A stretch of DNA of 63,910 nt, the filler included, from Gonapodya sp. JEL0774 (taxonomy: Eukaryota): NCBI GenBank assembly GCA_027604505.1. It is 56 parts of 56 records of this genome, joined end to end, with 100 filler letters (N's around TTAATTAATTAA, not from the genome) between each part and the next. Parts side by side here need not be neighbours in the genome. Positions count along the whole stretch, not along the records: positions 46,942 to 47,981 come from JADIIX010004101.1; positions 48,082 to 49,121 come from JADIIX010004102.1; positions 49,222 to 50,260 come from JADIIX010004103.1; positions 50,361 to 51,399 come from JADIIX010004104.1; positions 51,500 to 52,538 come from JADIIX010004105.1; positions 52,639 to 53,677 come from JADIIX010004106.1; positions 53,778 to 54,815 come from JADIIX010004107.1; positions 54,916 to 55,953 come from JADIIX010004108.1; 48 more parts are not named here. One strand, written 5' to 3'. The notes under the pieces are model-generated. The model saw only the letters and a list, made by a program, of their open reading frames with translations, did not search any database and was not told where the DNA came from. Both the position numbers and the translations under genes were made by a program. Shown in pieces: positions 46,942 through 58,508 of the stretch (its first letter is position 1; every line of letters begins with the position of its first letter).

Positions 46942-47576
46942 TTCCCAGACAATCTTCAGACGGAAATTACGGAACAAAATGTAGAAGAGAAGCTTGTCGA
47001 ACTCGTGGAATACGGGAACAAGGTCAAGGCAAGCCCTGACACACCTCCTCCAGCGGGTGTTTCCAAGTTCGCAGGCGAGAAGTTCCTCTTTGTATGTGGA
47101 CATGAAAAGAGAGGTAAAGTCTTCTGTGTTTTGATATCTGAGTCTGACGCCCCATGCTAACGTCGGGAACACATCACTGTATATTCTTCTGTCAGACGAC
47201 CGTTGCGGAAAAACTGCACCAGCCATCATTTCCGCTTTTAGGGAGTCTGCCACCAAACAGAATCTGAATGTGAAAACTCTCGCCTGCTCTCACGTGAGTA
47301 CTCTAGTGTGTGCGGACATACCGTCTGGTCCACGAGAGCGACAATGACTGCGGCCACTCCCGTCCTGATCCAAAAATCGCCTCATTTATTTCCTTCCACC
47401 TTCAGCTCGGCGGTCACAAATACGCCGGCAATGTCATCTCCTACCCGTCCGGAATCTGGCTCGGCCGCGTTGCACCGTACCACGCCGACGTTGTCCTCCG
47501 AGAAGTGGTTGTGGGCGAGAAGATCATCCGCGGCTTGTGGAGGGGGAAGCTCGGGTGGGATAAGGAGGGTATCTAG
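46942..47576 (+). CDS. Thioredoxin-like 2Fe-2S ferredoxin (Aim32/Apd1 family), 3' fragment
   Basis: FPDN...FVCGHEKR|DDRCG...CSH|LGGHKYAGNVISYPSGIWLGRV...LWRG. Confidence 0.92.
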
Positions 47577-47820
47577 ACTGCTTTATGGATCGATTCAGGG
47601 GGGGATCTTGGACATGTGTCCGTGGCGGATAGCCACGGCTGGCTAGCCAGTTTGTTGGTCACAAGAGTATTCAGTTGGATTTTAACACTTAAATTTGCAA
47701 TATATTGCATCTGGCGTCGATCATGTGGGCCGGAATCTTATCAGCGTCGGCTTCCGGTGCAGCTGGTGAAAATTGCTGATGTTCGGACCTCGTACGTACC
47801 TAAGGACGACCATCTCCTCG

Positions 47821-47981
47821 ATGGTCCGACTTCGACCAGCGCTCATCACCCTGGTATCAATCGTCCTCATTTCGTCCACGTGGCTTCTTTTCGTGGAGCC
47901 AGAAATGCCTCGATCCTGGGTCTCCTACATAACGCGTCCCATATGGGACAAGGACGAACGACCCAAAGAACGAATCCCTCA
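47821..47981 (+). CDS. Glycosyltransferase family 17 (MGAT3-like), N-terminal fragment
   Basis: Type II TM anchor followed by SYITRPIWDK..RP.ERIPH, matching the GT17 stem motif SY..RP.W....P...IPHY. Confidence 0.65.
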
Positions 47982-48081
47982 NNNNNNNNNNNNNNNNNNN
48001 NNNNNNNNNNNNNNNNNNNNNNNNNTTAATTAATTAANNNNNNNNNNNNNNNNNNNNNNNNNNNNNNNNNNNNNNNNNNNN

Positions 48082-49121
48082 CAAAGTTCCACAGGACGGC
48101 GGCCCAGTAGCCGAGCTCGCGGATCAGTTGGAGGACGTGGTCGTTGTAGTAGCCCTGGTGAGGAGTTGCGAGCGAAGATGGAGAATGAAGAGTGGTGATT
48201 AGAACACAATGGGAAGAGATTCGAATTTATGAAGGTGCATGGTGAACTGTGGATGCATTGACCCGCTTGTCCATCATCAACTCACATATGGTGGTCTCAT
48301 GAAGTACGGTCTCTTCCCAATCGTGCTCGCCAACACATCCTCCACTTGCATGATCTCACTGCGGATCTGGTCGTCCGACGCCAGCGTCAGGTCTTGGTGG
48401 GTCCAGGTGCTGCGGTGGTGTGCACAGCTTTGGGTGAGAAGGACATCGAGAGCGGTGGTCACAGGTGGGGAATACTTACTGAACGCCGATACAGTGTCCT
48501 GAGTTGCTCATCCGGCGGAGTATGGACTGACCATATGGTGCTTTGATGTCCACGCCCCTACCATTCCGCATGCACCGGGAGGACGGGAGGATATGAATAT
48601 ACATCATCACAAGGTGAGTAAGCCGTATGGAGGACGGCAATGCGTCGCTTTCTACATACCATGTGGTTAACCCATTAATGAAGAAAGTCGCCTTGATGCC
48701 CAGTTGGTCGAGCAGGTCCAGGAGGCCTTGGGTGAACTCAGTGGGGCCATCTGTAGAGCAAAATGTTCCAAGTACGATAAGCAGTTCCGATACAGAGGAA
48801 CGGGAGGGTGAGAACGAGATATCGTGGATGTGGTGGATGTGGTGATCATGAGGATGAGGGGGAGTTTTGAGTTGAAAGACAGAGCCGGGTACTGTAAGAA
48901 TGGCGGTACCTACCGTCAAATGTGAGAGCCACCATGCCAGGTGCGACGCATTGTGTTTCAAGAGCTGTCAACGAGCGGTGGGGAATGAGCGCGGCATATC
49001 CAAATATGAAAACTTCAACGTCAACGCTGACACGTCTCCGGGGTAGACCCTCGACGATTTCCTCATTTAATTTACTCACAAAACCAAGGCGCGTTCGGTC
49101 TCCCCACAACTTGCTGTGCCG
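48082..49121 (-). CDS. Chitin/polysaccharide deacetylase (CE4, NodB domain), fragment
   Basis: Spliced QCVAPGMVALTFD|DGP, KATFFING, GHCIGVH|TWTHQDL, YFMRPPY|G, VLWNF. Confidence 0.92.
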
Positions 49122-50360
49122 NNNNNNNNNNNNNNNNNNNNNNNNNNNNNNNNNNNNNNNNNNNNTTAATTAATTAANNNNNNNNNNNNNNNNNNNNNNN
49201 NNNNNNNNNNNNNNNNNNNNNCGACGAGTGGGAGATGGAGACGGAGTTCGCCCCACCTTGGAGGACGAGAGCGCTCTCTTATGGATTGCCGGAGATGCGG
49301 GTCGAGCGGAGGCTGACCGCGGCTGATCGTCGGCTGCTGACAAGGCTTGCGCCAAGTCTTTCGTATCTTCCACGAGAGTAGGAATGTCTGCCACAAGTAC
49401 GTCCAATGCCAAGACAACCCCAACGCAAATTCATTCAATTCAGGCATTCAGGACCGTGAGTTCTTTGGCACATGAAGTAAGAGCAGTACGCATTTTGGGG
49501 GACAGCACCTTGCGGATCGGGAATGATCATTTGGACAACTTCGCCTCCACTGCCATGAATGGTCTGAGCCAACTGATGCAGAACTGACTTGAGCTTGACT
49601 GCGGATGGCATGTTCTTGGCTGCATGCAGTGTAATCGTTTGGACTTAGGTAACGGGAGTTGGTATCGGCTTCTGATAAGTAGGGGTCCGGCTAAACTTTC
49701 ACCTCACATTTGTTCTTCGCAAGGCGCGCTCCACGTACACAACCAAGTAAGTTGTATACAAAAAGCATAAGAACTGGATACTGGCAATATTCTGTGCTGT
49801 TCATGTCGGGCTAACCGTTTTAGAATGTATGCGTTCACAACGTAACATGAACTGGTCCGCAACACAAGAACATCAGAACGAGCCCGGAGCAACTTCCACT
49901 CGAACACTTCTGTCCTTTGAAGGGACGTCGAAAACATATTTCGGAGCAGGGATAAGTTCGCCCGCTGCTGACTTTGCCACAGTATCTCCCATTCCCTCTG
50001 TGCTCTGACGCATCAGCCCAAACCACTCCTAAACTTCGTCTTTTATTTCACCGATATCTCTGGGGATCGCACTTGAGAATTCTTGTTCGCTGTCGTCCGC
50101 CGCCAGTGGATTCTTATCGATTAAAATGGCACAGACCCGCGTCATCGCTCGGTGTTTTGCTACATCCTTGAGGTCCCAATCGGCAGCGATAGCTCATTCT
50201 TCACCTGCCATCAGTCCAGTTTTTCGTGCCATTTCCGCTGGTTCCCTGATCCATGCTACCNNNNNNNNNNNNNNNNNNNNNNNNNNNNNNNNNNNNNNNN
50301 NNNNTTAATTAATTAANNNNNNNNNNNNNNNNNNNNNNNNNNNNNNNNNNNNNNNNNNNN

Positions 50361-51399
50361 ACCCACCGGGCATCCAAACTCCATCGTACCGCCGTCACTC
50401 TCTGCATGCGCGAAGTGTGATACACATCCCGAGAGTGGCCAGATTCGGTGGAAAAGAGACGAACGGTGCGGTCCCATGAGCATGTGGCCAGGTCTGTGCC
50501 AGTAGGGCTAAAGTCAAGGTCGATGCTGAATGGGCAGAAGTTTGGTTGCAGGTGGTGTTTATAGGGAGGATCGTAATTAAAGGTTTCATCCTTCGAAGGT
50601 CAATCCGAACTCACACAGCCGACACATGATCCTTGTATATCATCCTCGCTTGCGCCAAGTTTCGCATGTCGAACATGTGAGCATTGTGGTCCTCGTTTGC
50701 GACGGCGAAGTTGAAGGGTTCTTGAGGGTTCCATGAGATAGCATTGGAGCGCATCTTGAAGAGCAATGACCGGAAGTTGGAGGAGCAGTAGCGAGGAGAG
50801 ACAAGGTTGGGGAAGTTAAAGTTGATGGCATTGATTAAGTTATGAGCTGCAACAATAAGAAAGCAATAGATTGCGTCCGCTCCGCGAGTACGCAGTTCAT
50901 CCCGGCTCACTGAGCTTGAGAGCTCAGCACCCAGAATCCATCTACATATTCGACGTTCCAGGCAGTCTGCAGAAACTCACCGCCAGCACCACTTTTTGCA
51001 CTGCTCTCTCAACTCGAACATCGTACACAGTTATGGTCCTATCCGAGCCACACGCCGCCAATACATCCCCATGTGTTTCATTGAATCTTGCTGCACTCAG
51101 CGACTCGCAGCCCCATTCGAAGCTGCGGAGAGGTGCGAGCCGTGAATGGTCCCACAGGTCCACACGAGAAGATGTCGTGGCAAAGAGGGGACGGGTGGGG
51201 TGGTGGGCAATGCTGGTCAGAGGAGCGGGCGTAGATTGGAATGTCAGATAGGGAAGCTGGGCTGGTGCGGAGGCAGACGATGCGTCGAGGAGGTAGGGCG
51301 AGCTCGAGGACGGTTGGTTGCCGGCCGAGGTTCCCTCTTCAACTCCTGCGCCAAGAGCAGCTGTCATGTTCCACATCTTGACAGCTTTATCATCTCCAC
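50361..51399 (-). CDS. SOF1: U3 snoRNP-associated WD40 protein Sof1/DCAF13, internal fragment
   Basis: GDDKAVKMW...VDLWDHSR..P.RSFEWG...RFN...SDRTI..YDVR|MRSNAISWNPQEPFNFAVANEDHN...FDMR...YKDHVSAV|IDLDFSPTG...SRDVYHTSRMQRV. Confidence 0.95.
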
Positions 51400-51499
51400 N
51401 NNNNNNNNNNNNNNNNNNNNNNNNNNNNNNNNNNNNNNNNNNNTTAATTAATTAANNNNNNNNNNNNNNNNNNNNNNNNNNNNNNNNNNNNNNNNNNNN

Positions 51500-52538
51500 C
51501 TCGGCGCACAGTGCTTCCAAAGGGCCTTTGCAGACGACGCTACGGGCCTCGAGGCCGTGGTCGACCCCTGGATCGCAAAGTTGTGGTCCGTTTTGCCCCG
51601 CGAGGTGGAGCCCCAGGATAAGGATAAGGAGCGGGCGGCCAGGGCGGCCGCGTCGGCTGCAACGACCTCGGTGGTGGCCTTGCTGGGCAAGACGGACGGT
51701 TCGGGGCAGGGGGCCGTCCCGGTCACGAACGGCGCATCGACCGGCGCGCTGCCTCCACCAGGACCGACAGACTCGACACCCTCCGCCGATCCGGTATTAC
51801 CTGCACCTGTCGCGGCACCTACCTCCGCTACAAACGGTATCCCATCCCCCCTCGAGTCCAAACTTCCTGTTCCCGACTCCCCCCTCCCCCCGGCAGTACC
51901 CTCCTCATCGACCTCCTCCGCAACCGCCCTCTGGTCCCCCACCCCACCCCCCCTCGACTTCTCCCCCCTCACCTCCCTCCACACTCTCTCCAACGTCACA
52001 AAACTCCCCACGTCCCATCTCTCCATCACCCCTACCGGCCTCCGTCGCCCATCCCAATCCATATTCTCCCTCTCCTCCTCCAGTACCAGTACCACCCCCA
52101 CAACCACTCCTTCCACCCCGCAGGACCCCTTCTCCGCCTACCACCCCTCCCACCCCTTCCCCGCCCCAGTCCTCTCCCGCCGCCTGCTCACCACATCCCC
52201 GCCCGCCCATTCCCGCGTCGTCCACATCACACTCGACATATCGGCCCTGGGATGGCGGTACGCGCCGGGCGACGCGGTGGGTCTGGTGGCACCCAACCCG
52301 GCTGAACTCGTGGATCAGGTCTTGACCCGTCTGCAGCTCACGGGCGACCAAGAAATCTCCGTAGCCGCCGACTCCACGGCTGCCGGTCTGGGCGTCGGAT
52401 CCCTCATCGTGCAACCCCGCTTGACCTACCGCGACCTCCTCACCTGGGGCCCCGACCTGCTCGCCCCGCCAAAGAAAGCCCTCTTGCGCGTCATCGCAGA
52501 GTCCTGCACCGACCCGGGGGATAAGCGGCGCGCGTTGT
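51500..52538 (+). CDS. MTRR: Methionine synthase reductase (diflavin reductase), internal fragment
   Basis: LGA..F...ADDATGLEAVVDPWIAKLW; YAPGDAVGLVAPNP.ELV; PKKALLRVIAESCTDPGDKRRAL. Confidence 0.8.
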
Positions 52539-52640
52539 NNNNNNNNNNNNNNNNNNNNNNNNNNNNNNNNNNNNNNNNNNNNTTAATTAATTAANNNNNN
52601 NNNNNNNNNNNNNNNNNNNNNNNNNNNNNNNNNNNNNNAG

Positions 52641-53284
52641 GTGTCGCAAGTGCCAGAAGCTGTTCAAGGGAGATGAGTGGGTTCACAAACATCTGAGGCT
52701 CAAGCATCCAGCTGTAGTAGAGGATACTTTGAAGGCGGTCGAGGTTGGTATTGATCACTGGAATATCCGGACACTCTTTAGTCCACGTTCTGACGTCACC
52801 GGTTTCGTAACCATCCTATTAGTATTTCAACTGCTACGCCGTTGACCCTGCCAAGCTCACCACGGATAAAGTTGCCGGGACAGATGAACGGAACCAAGGT
52901 GGTCGCGGGGGAGGCGCGGGGAGTGGTGGTGGCAACCCCGCTGGTGGTGGTATGGGAATGGGCGGGTATGGCTACGGTGCGATGCAAGCCCAACAGGCTA
53001 TGTATTGGACGAGCGCCTTTGACATGTTCGGTATGGCCAACGCGTGGAACGGTGGAGGAGGCTGGGGTATGGGGGGTGGGGGCGGGGGAAGAATGGGAGG
53101 AGGTGGCGGCGGCTACCGAGGTGGGAGGGGGTCCGGCGGTGGTGGGAGGGGCGGTGATCGTCCACCCAGAGGTGGAGGTCGTGGAAGAGGTCCCCCTCCT
53201 GGGCGTGAGATTCTTTCGTACAACGATCTGGATTCTATCGCGGCAGGGGATGCGGACGAGGCGCCCAAAATCAGTTATGACTAG
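52641..53284 (+). CDS. SRRT: ARS2/SERRATE homolog, 3' fragment
   Basis: C..CQKLFKGDEWVHKHLRLKH zinc finger, YFNCYAVDP, Gly/RGG tail and terminal REILSYNDLD. Confidence 0.85.
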
Positions 53285-54158
53285 TCGGAACAGTGATAAT
53301 GATGAGAAATGCTGCAGTAATAAATTTCGTGGGTATTTTGAATTTGTTTGGAGAGCTTGCCTGTGTTGAGTATCGTGACGCGCATCACTTTCTCTTCTTC
53401 GTCCCCAAATCTTTCTGTTTGCCACGGTGTAGAACCACGGACTGCAACACTGCTTGGCTTTATTGCTCCCCAGATTCACTTCGCAGTGTTTTTCCCTCTA
53501 GTTTCAGGTGCATCGTTCGCCTTCAGGCGATTGGCAGCAAGGCGGCCGTCCACCTGGGTACACGTCCCGTTCAGGTCGACAGAATCCGCCATCGTTATCC
53601 GAAGACTCGGATCCATTCCACCTGTGACTTCAGACACTGAACTACGTTATCTAATGCCAAAGAAAGGGGCATCGGGANNNNNNNNNNNNNNNNNNNNNNN
53701 NNNNNNNNNNNNNNNNNNNNNTTAATTAATTAANNNNNNNNNNNNNNNNNNNNNNNNNNNNNNNNNNNNNNNNNNNNTGAGAACTAGCAGTGAAACAAAT
53801 CCTCCTTCTACAGTGCCACAATTCTTGTGGGTCCGTGCATCATCAGACCCACCCCCTTCTTATCCAATTGATTCATCATCAACGTGGACAGTCCAGCAAC
53901 GATTCCGAGTACTCCGCTTATGTGGGCTCACTGTGTAAGCTGACGCGGCAAGACCTGTTTCACCGAACGGACGAGAAAATATCTAATAACTGCACGAATG
54001 ATACCGCTTTATTGAAGATTGAAATGAGATAGTGGAGGGTTGTACAATTTCACCTGTAGTTATTGTCAAAGTAAGTTGATGCACAATAATTCAGTGCGAG
54101 GACAAACAGAACACGGTGGAGTTACACGCCGAGAACTTTGCACGCGACTTAATCGGCA

Positions 54159-54609
54159 ATGTTCAGGAATACTTTCCAGGTACATTCCTTGCTATCAATC
54201 AATGACTGCGTTGAAGCGAGCATTGAGTGTTGATGGACCGCTTCGTGATCGCGCATGTCAAACTCTCGACGAACCAACGCTCCCCTTGTGTTGGGCCGGA
54301 TGCACATATGTCGATAGTCCGGGTTTCTGTCCATTCTGTACTCTATTGGGTGAGTGATTCATTTGCGCCGACTGGCGTTAGTGGAGGTTGTCACGTTGTC
54401 TTCCAAAGCTCCAAGCCTCTACAAATTTGGGACAAGAAGGTCCACAATGGTCACATCAAACGTATCACCGACAACGACATTCAATCTTCGGTGCTTGAGA
54501 TCATAGGGACAAACGTATCAACCAACTACATTACTTGCCCTGCGATGCCGCAAAAGAGCCTGGGAATAAAGCTTCCATTCTTAGTCATGATCATCAAGAA
54601 TTTGAAAAA
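54159..54609 (+). CDS. CFAP20: Cilia- and flagella-associated protein 20 (BUG22), 5' fragment
   Basis: Exons 54159-54179, 54318-54349 and 54409-54609: [59 protein letters not shown]...[17 protein letters not shown]. Confidence 0.97.
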
Positions 54610-54948
54610 GTGAGTTGTACGTCGCGACGTCATCACGTGGATTGCCATTTGGGGATTACATTTGTGTGGAGAGTTACCAATTCCCTCATGGAACGCAGCC
54701 ATTGTGAATGGCTTCATATCCCAGCTTCCAATATGCGGATGATTGTAAAACGGTACCACAAGGTGCCAGTCAGAGGTTGAAGGCCATTCTGAAACACCGC
54801 ATCGCTGACAACGAGNNNNNNNNNNNNNNNNNNNNNNNNNNNNNNNNNNNNNNNNNNNNTTAATTAATTAANNNNNNNNNNNNNNNNNNNNNNNNNNNNN
54901 NNNNNNNNNNNNNNNACACGTCAGAGGCAGAATTCCTCGATGTCTCAC

Positions 54949-55241
54949 CTGACATCCCCCTTCTTAACCTTTCCGACGTTCGATGCAGACGGCTGTGTAG
55001 CACCAACGGCTGTGGCAGGACGGGCTTTCTTAACGACCACAACTATCTCGTCTCCTACTGATGCCCATCGTTTGTTCTTCAAGACCTGAGAAGTTTCGTG
55101 AGAGTTGTGGAGTGATTATACTCAATATTACGACCCTCTTCGAAGCCAGACGAGGACGGACATGTCACATACATTGACGCACTCCACCAGGCGGGCCCCA
55201 CTGTTGTCGATCACGTTCAGTGTGGATTTGAGGATGATCAT
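54949..55241 (-). CDS. MRPL38: Mitochondrial ribosomal protein uL14m, 5' fragment
   Basis: MIILKSTLNVIDNSGARLVECVN|VLKNKRWASVGDEIVVVVKKARP...KVKKGDV. Confidence 0.9.
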
Positions 55242-57255
55242 TCTCCGCTGTGGCGATTGTTCTGTCTCTGAGCTCACCTGGGTTCCAACTGCGGTCATGT
55301 GCATGGTGGCATGGACTAATATTATAAGAACAAACAGACATTTGTCAACGTTACCCGTTGAGCCAAAGTATGAAAGAGAGAGCAAAGTGCACGACACTGA
55401 TCGTAGCTCATTGGGGGCTATGACGGTATATTTTCAAATCTCTGAAGCGAATACAACGTCTGACTTGAGCACAGAAAATCGTTTCAAATGCTCCCAAAGT
55501 ACTTCGAAGCGTCGTTGCTTCCGAGTAAGCGACTACGGTCTTCAACAATCCACTCATATGTGAGTTTCTGTGAGACTTGCTCCATTGACCGATCTCCAGA
55601 CGCCCTCCTGCTCAGAACCACAGCCAGTCGTGAAATCCGTTCCGATCGCGCTCCAGTGGCAAGCTCAAATTCAGTAGTGGTGTTTTCGGCCTCCCCTCTT
55701 TCTCCGCATCCAAGGATCATTCTCCACATCGGGTTCAAGCCGTGCTCTTCTGTCCCAACCGCGAGCCCCGTCTCCCGCAGAACGAGCCATCCACCCGAAG
55801 TCGTCTGGACATACATCAAGTGAGGAGAGAGCGGCAAATTTTGATTTCCCTGATAGAAATCAGGGTGGACACTTTCCACGGCGCATGATATCGGAAGTTC
55901 CAAAGAGAGGAAGGCAGGTCTTGCATCTTTCAAAGGAGGAGCCGCAGGAGCCGNNNNNNNNNNNNNNNNNNNNNNNNNNNNNNNNNNNNNNNNNNNNTTA
56001 ATTAATTAANNNNNNNNNNNNNNNNNNNNNNNNNNNNNNNNNNNNNNNNNNNNTCCCTGGAACCACTGTTGCTGACTAGAGTTATCAAAAGAGCTGACTG
56101 GGGGCAATAGCGCCATTTGATTTTGAAGCGCGGGCGAAGGATTCTATGTGGAGGAACGAGGCAAGGGTCAATTGACCTGTCGAATGCGAGTGACTGACAA
56201 AAGATCACGCCAATTGAGAGACCACGATCATCGCAAAGCAGTGGCAAAAAGTCTTGTCTGGCGGCTGCCATGATCCTGAGGAAACTTTCGCCAACCATCG
56301 AATATGGCAACTGCGAAGACGAAGTCCATCAAACGATCAGTTTTCATTCATCCTCTCTCTCGACGCTCTGACTTTCGTGTGCTGATAGCCGCTTGTTGTT
56401 CCTTTCTCCTATCAACTGAAGATCGAAGGCACGCAGGTATATTTTGGCGTGGCAACAGGCCGGGAGTGACCACGACAGTACACCGGGAGTCTGTAGGACA
56501 CTTGCCTGCATCATGGATATTACTTTCCGAAGAAAGATGACACTTGCAGGGAGATCCTGGCGGTTCTGTCGCTTGCTTGTTCACTTTGCGACAAAAATCG
56601 TGGCTTGTCTGATTGGGGGGCACTGGGCTGAATCCTAATTGCCATGGCGAGAGAAACCTCCTTGTTATTGAGCGCGATCCTATTCTCCGCTTGGCAATCA
56701 CCTACGAAGGTACCTGTCGGTTACCAACGGATTCTACTTTGATGCGCGATTCCGTTGGATTCCGACGCGAAAGGGTATCCTGCAGTGTTACTTTCATGCT
56801 CTTGTGGAGTGACACATCCTTCTGTATTCCTGATAATTGCCCAAAACAATCGCAATAAAGTAGTAGTCTAAAGGGTCGCTCATATGCTTGTACTTGTGGC
56901 TCCGTAATGTCCCACAAGCTCGAGCACAGTCACGGTAAAATTGTCAATTTCAGCAGCGATCTCAGTCATGGTACGACACGTTCCTTCTCTTGCGCATTTA
57001 GCTATACATGGTTTAGTCTACTCTAATGTTGCCTTGTCACCCCAATTTACATAATCGTGAATGCCTAGTTTCGGGTTCATGCGAAGTGCACNNNNNNNNN
57101 NNNNNNNNNNNNNNNNNNNNNNNNNNNNNNNNNNNTTAATTAATTAANNNNNNNNNNNNNNNNNNNNNNNNNNNNNNNNNNNNNNNNNNNNATAGAGACC
57201 TCCCCACTCGGTCATTTATCCCGACTGGGCCCCACTTTCGACACCCTCCAGCACG

Positions 57256-58218
57256 GTAAGTCCGCGCTGCCTTCCATGGCGATCGCAATCGCCTGGTTGG
57301 CGGGGGGTGCCGTTCCCTCTCTTCCCCTCGAAGGCTCCCACCGCCCCCCCCACATCCATCGGTCGCTGGGACGCCCTCTGGACATGGATTCCCCCGCTGG
57401 GGGCAAGGATTCTTGTCCATAAAGATTTTCGACTCGTGACCCCATCCGGTCACGAGGGCGCGCGGTAGCGGCCTCGTGCCGCTACAGCACAATGCCACAT
57501 ACCTACGGTGTGTGAGGGACGTGGCAAATGTTTGCCATCGTCACCCTGGGGCACGGGGGCAGTGGCTTGCGCCGCTGCCCCTGAACGGCCTTTCCTTTGC
57601 AAGGATCAGCCGCTCCACACGCCCCCACACCCCGCCCCCCGACCATTGCTCACTAGAGCTTTGGTCCGAGGGCACGCTCGCTAGGCCATCGGCCTTTCGA
57701 GCACCCGTTCGCCCCGTCACCCCCCGAGGTAATACGGGACGAGCGGGACCCCGCCCAGCCCTTCGGGGTTAGCGTGGGAGGGTTCTGCCCCCCCTCACAC
57801 CTTTTGATGTGTGGCCGGGGCGTTCCCTTGGGCCGCTCGCGCTTTTGGCGCCAGCTTCTCGCCCAACCCGTTGGGACTGCGTCCCTCCGGCACCGCACTG
57901 CCAGGGTTTTGTCTCTGCGAGACTCAACCATTCGGCAAGTGCAAACCAATTCACTCTTGCCCTGGGAAGGGGCTCGAGCGTTTTTTGGTGGAGCGTGTGG
58001 ACATGGGGTCTCATCACCCCGGTCCCGCCTCTGGCACGCACCATCCACGGGGGAAACGCTGCGCGTTTTTCCCCGCGATGTGCCAGACCGCTCCTAACAC
58101 TGTTGCTCTACACGGGCACGCGTACTAACCTCACCGGCACCCTCCTGCCGACCCCGTTTGCGCGTTCCCCGTTGTCATTCGAGTTTCACACCGTCTGACC
58201 CCGTCCCGTCCCTCCCAG
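57256..58218 (+). ncRNA. Putative 963-nt highly structured 5'-UTR intron / intronic structured RNA
   Basis: GTAAGT donor 57256; TACTAAC 58123-58129; CTGAC 58195-58199; pyrimidine tract and CAG 58218; ATG 58222; more than 15 visible hairpins between them. Confidence 0.6.
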
Positions 58219-58508
58219 ATCATGTCTCNNNNNNNNNNNNNNNNNNNNNNNNNNNNNNNNNNNNNNNNNNNNTTAATTAATTAANNNNNNNNNNNNNNNN
58301 NNNNNNNNNNNNNNNNNNNNNNNNNNNNATCTCCCCTTTGGACGGTCTCGAGGAGATTGCCAATCCATTCACCGGAGCATCTTAGCTGGATCTTCGGACA
58401 GCCTCCGGGACATTTGCAAACGACTGTGGATCTGTACAGAATGGCTCATTCAAAATAATGATATACCGCGAAACACTGTGACAGTCCAGCCTATATACCC
58501 CACATTCA

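Noticed and set aside
46894..47256. 120-aa minus-strand ORF
   Set aside because: Antisense to the Aim32/Apd1 exons on the + strand
44662..55241. Apparent cluster of RNA-processing, mitochondrial and ciliary genes
   Set aside because: Adjacency results from sorting contigs by length, not from genomic linkage
57476..58198. Overlapping 90-130 aa ORFs on both strands in the structured contig
   Set aside because: Expected in GC-rich DNA; no recognisable domains; better explained as intronic structured RNA
57256..58218. Group I/II intron, TPP riboswitch or telomerase RNA identity
   Set aside because: No P7 (GACUA/UAGUC) pair, domain V, CUGAGA core or CUAACCCUAA-type template recognised by eye; termini are spliceosomal
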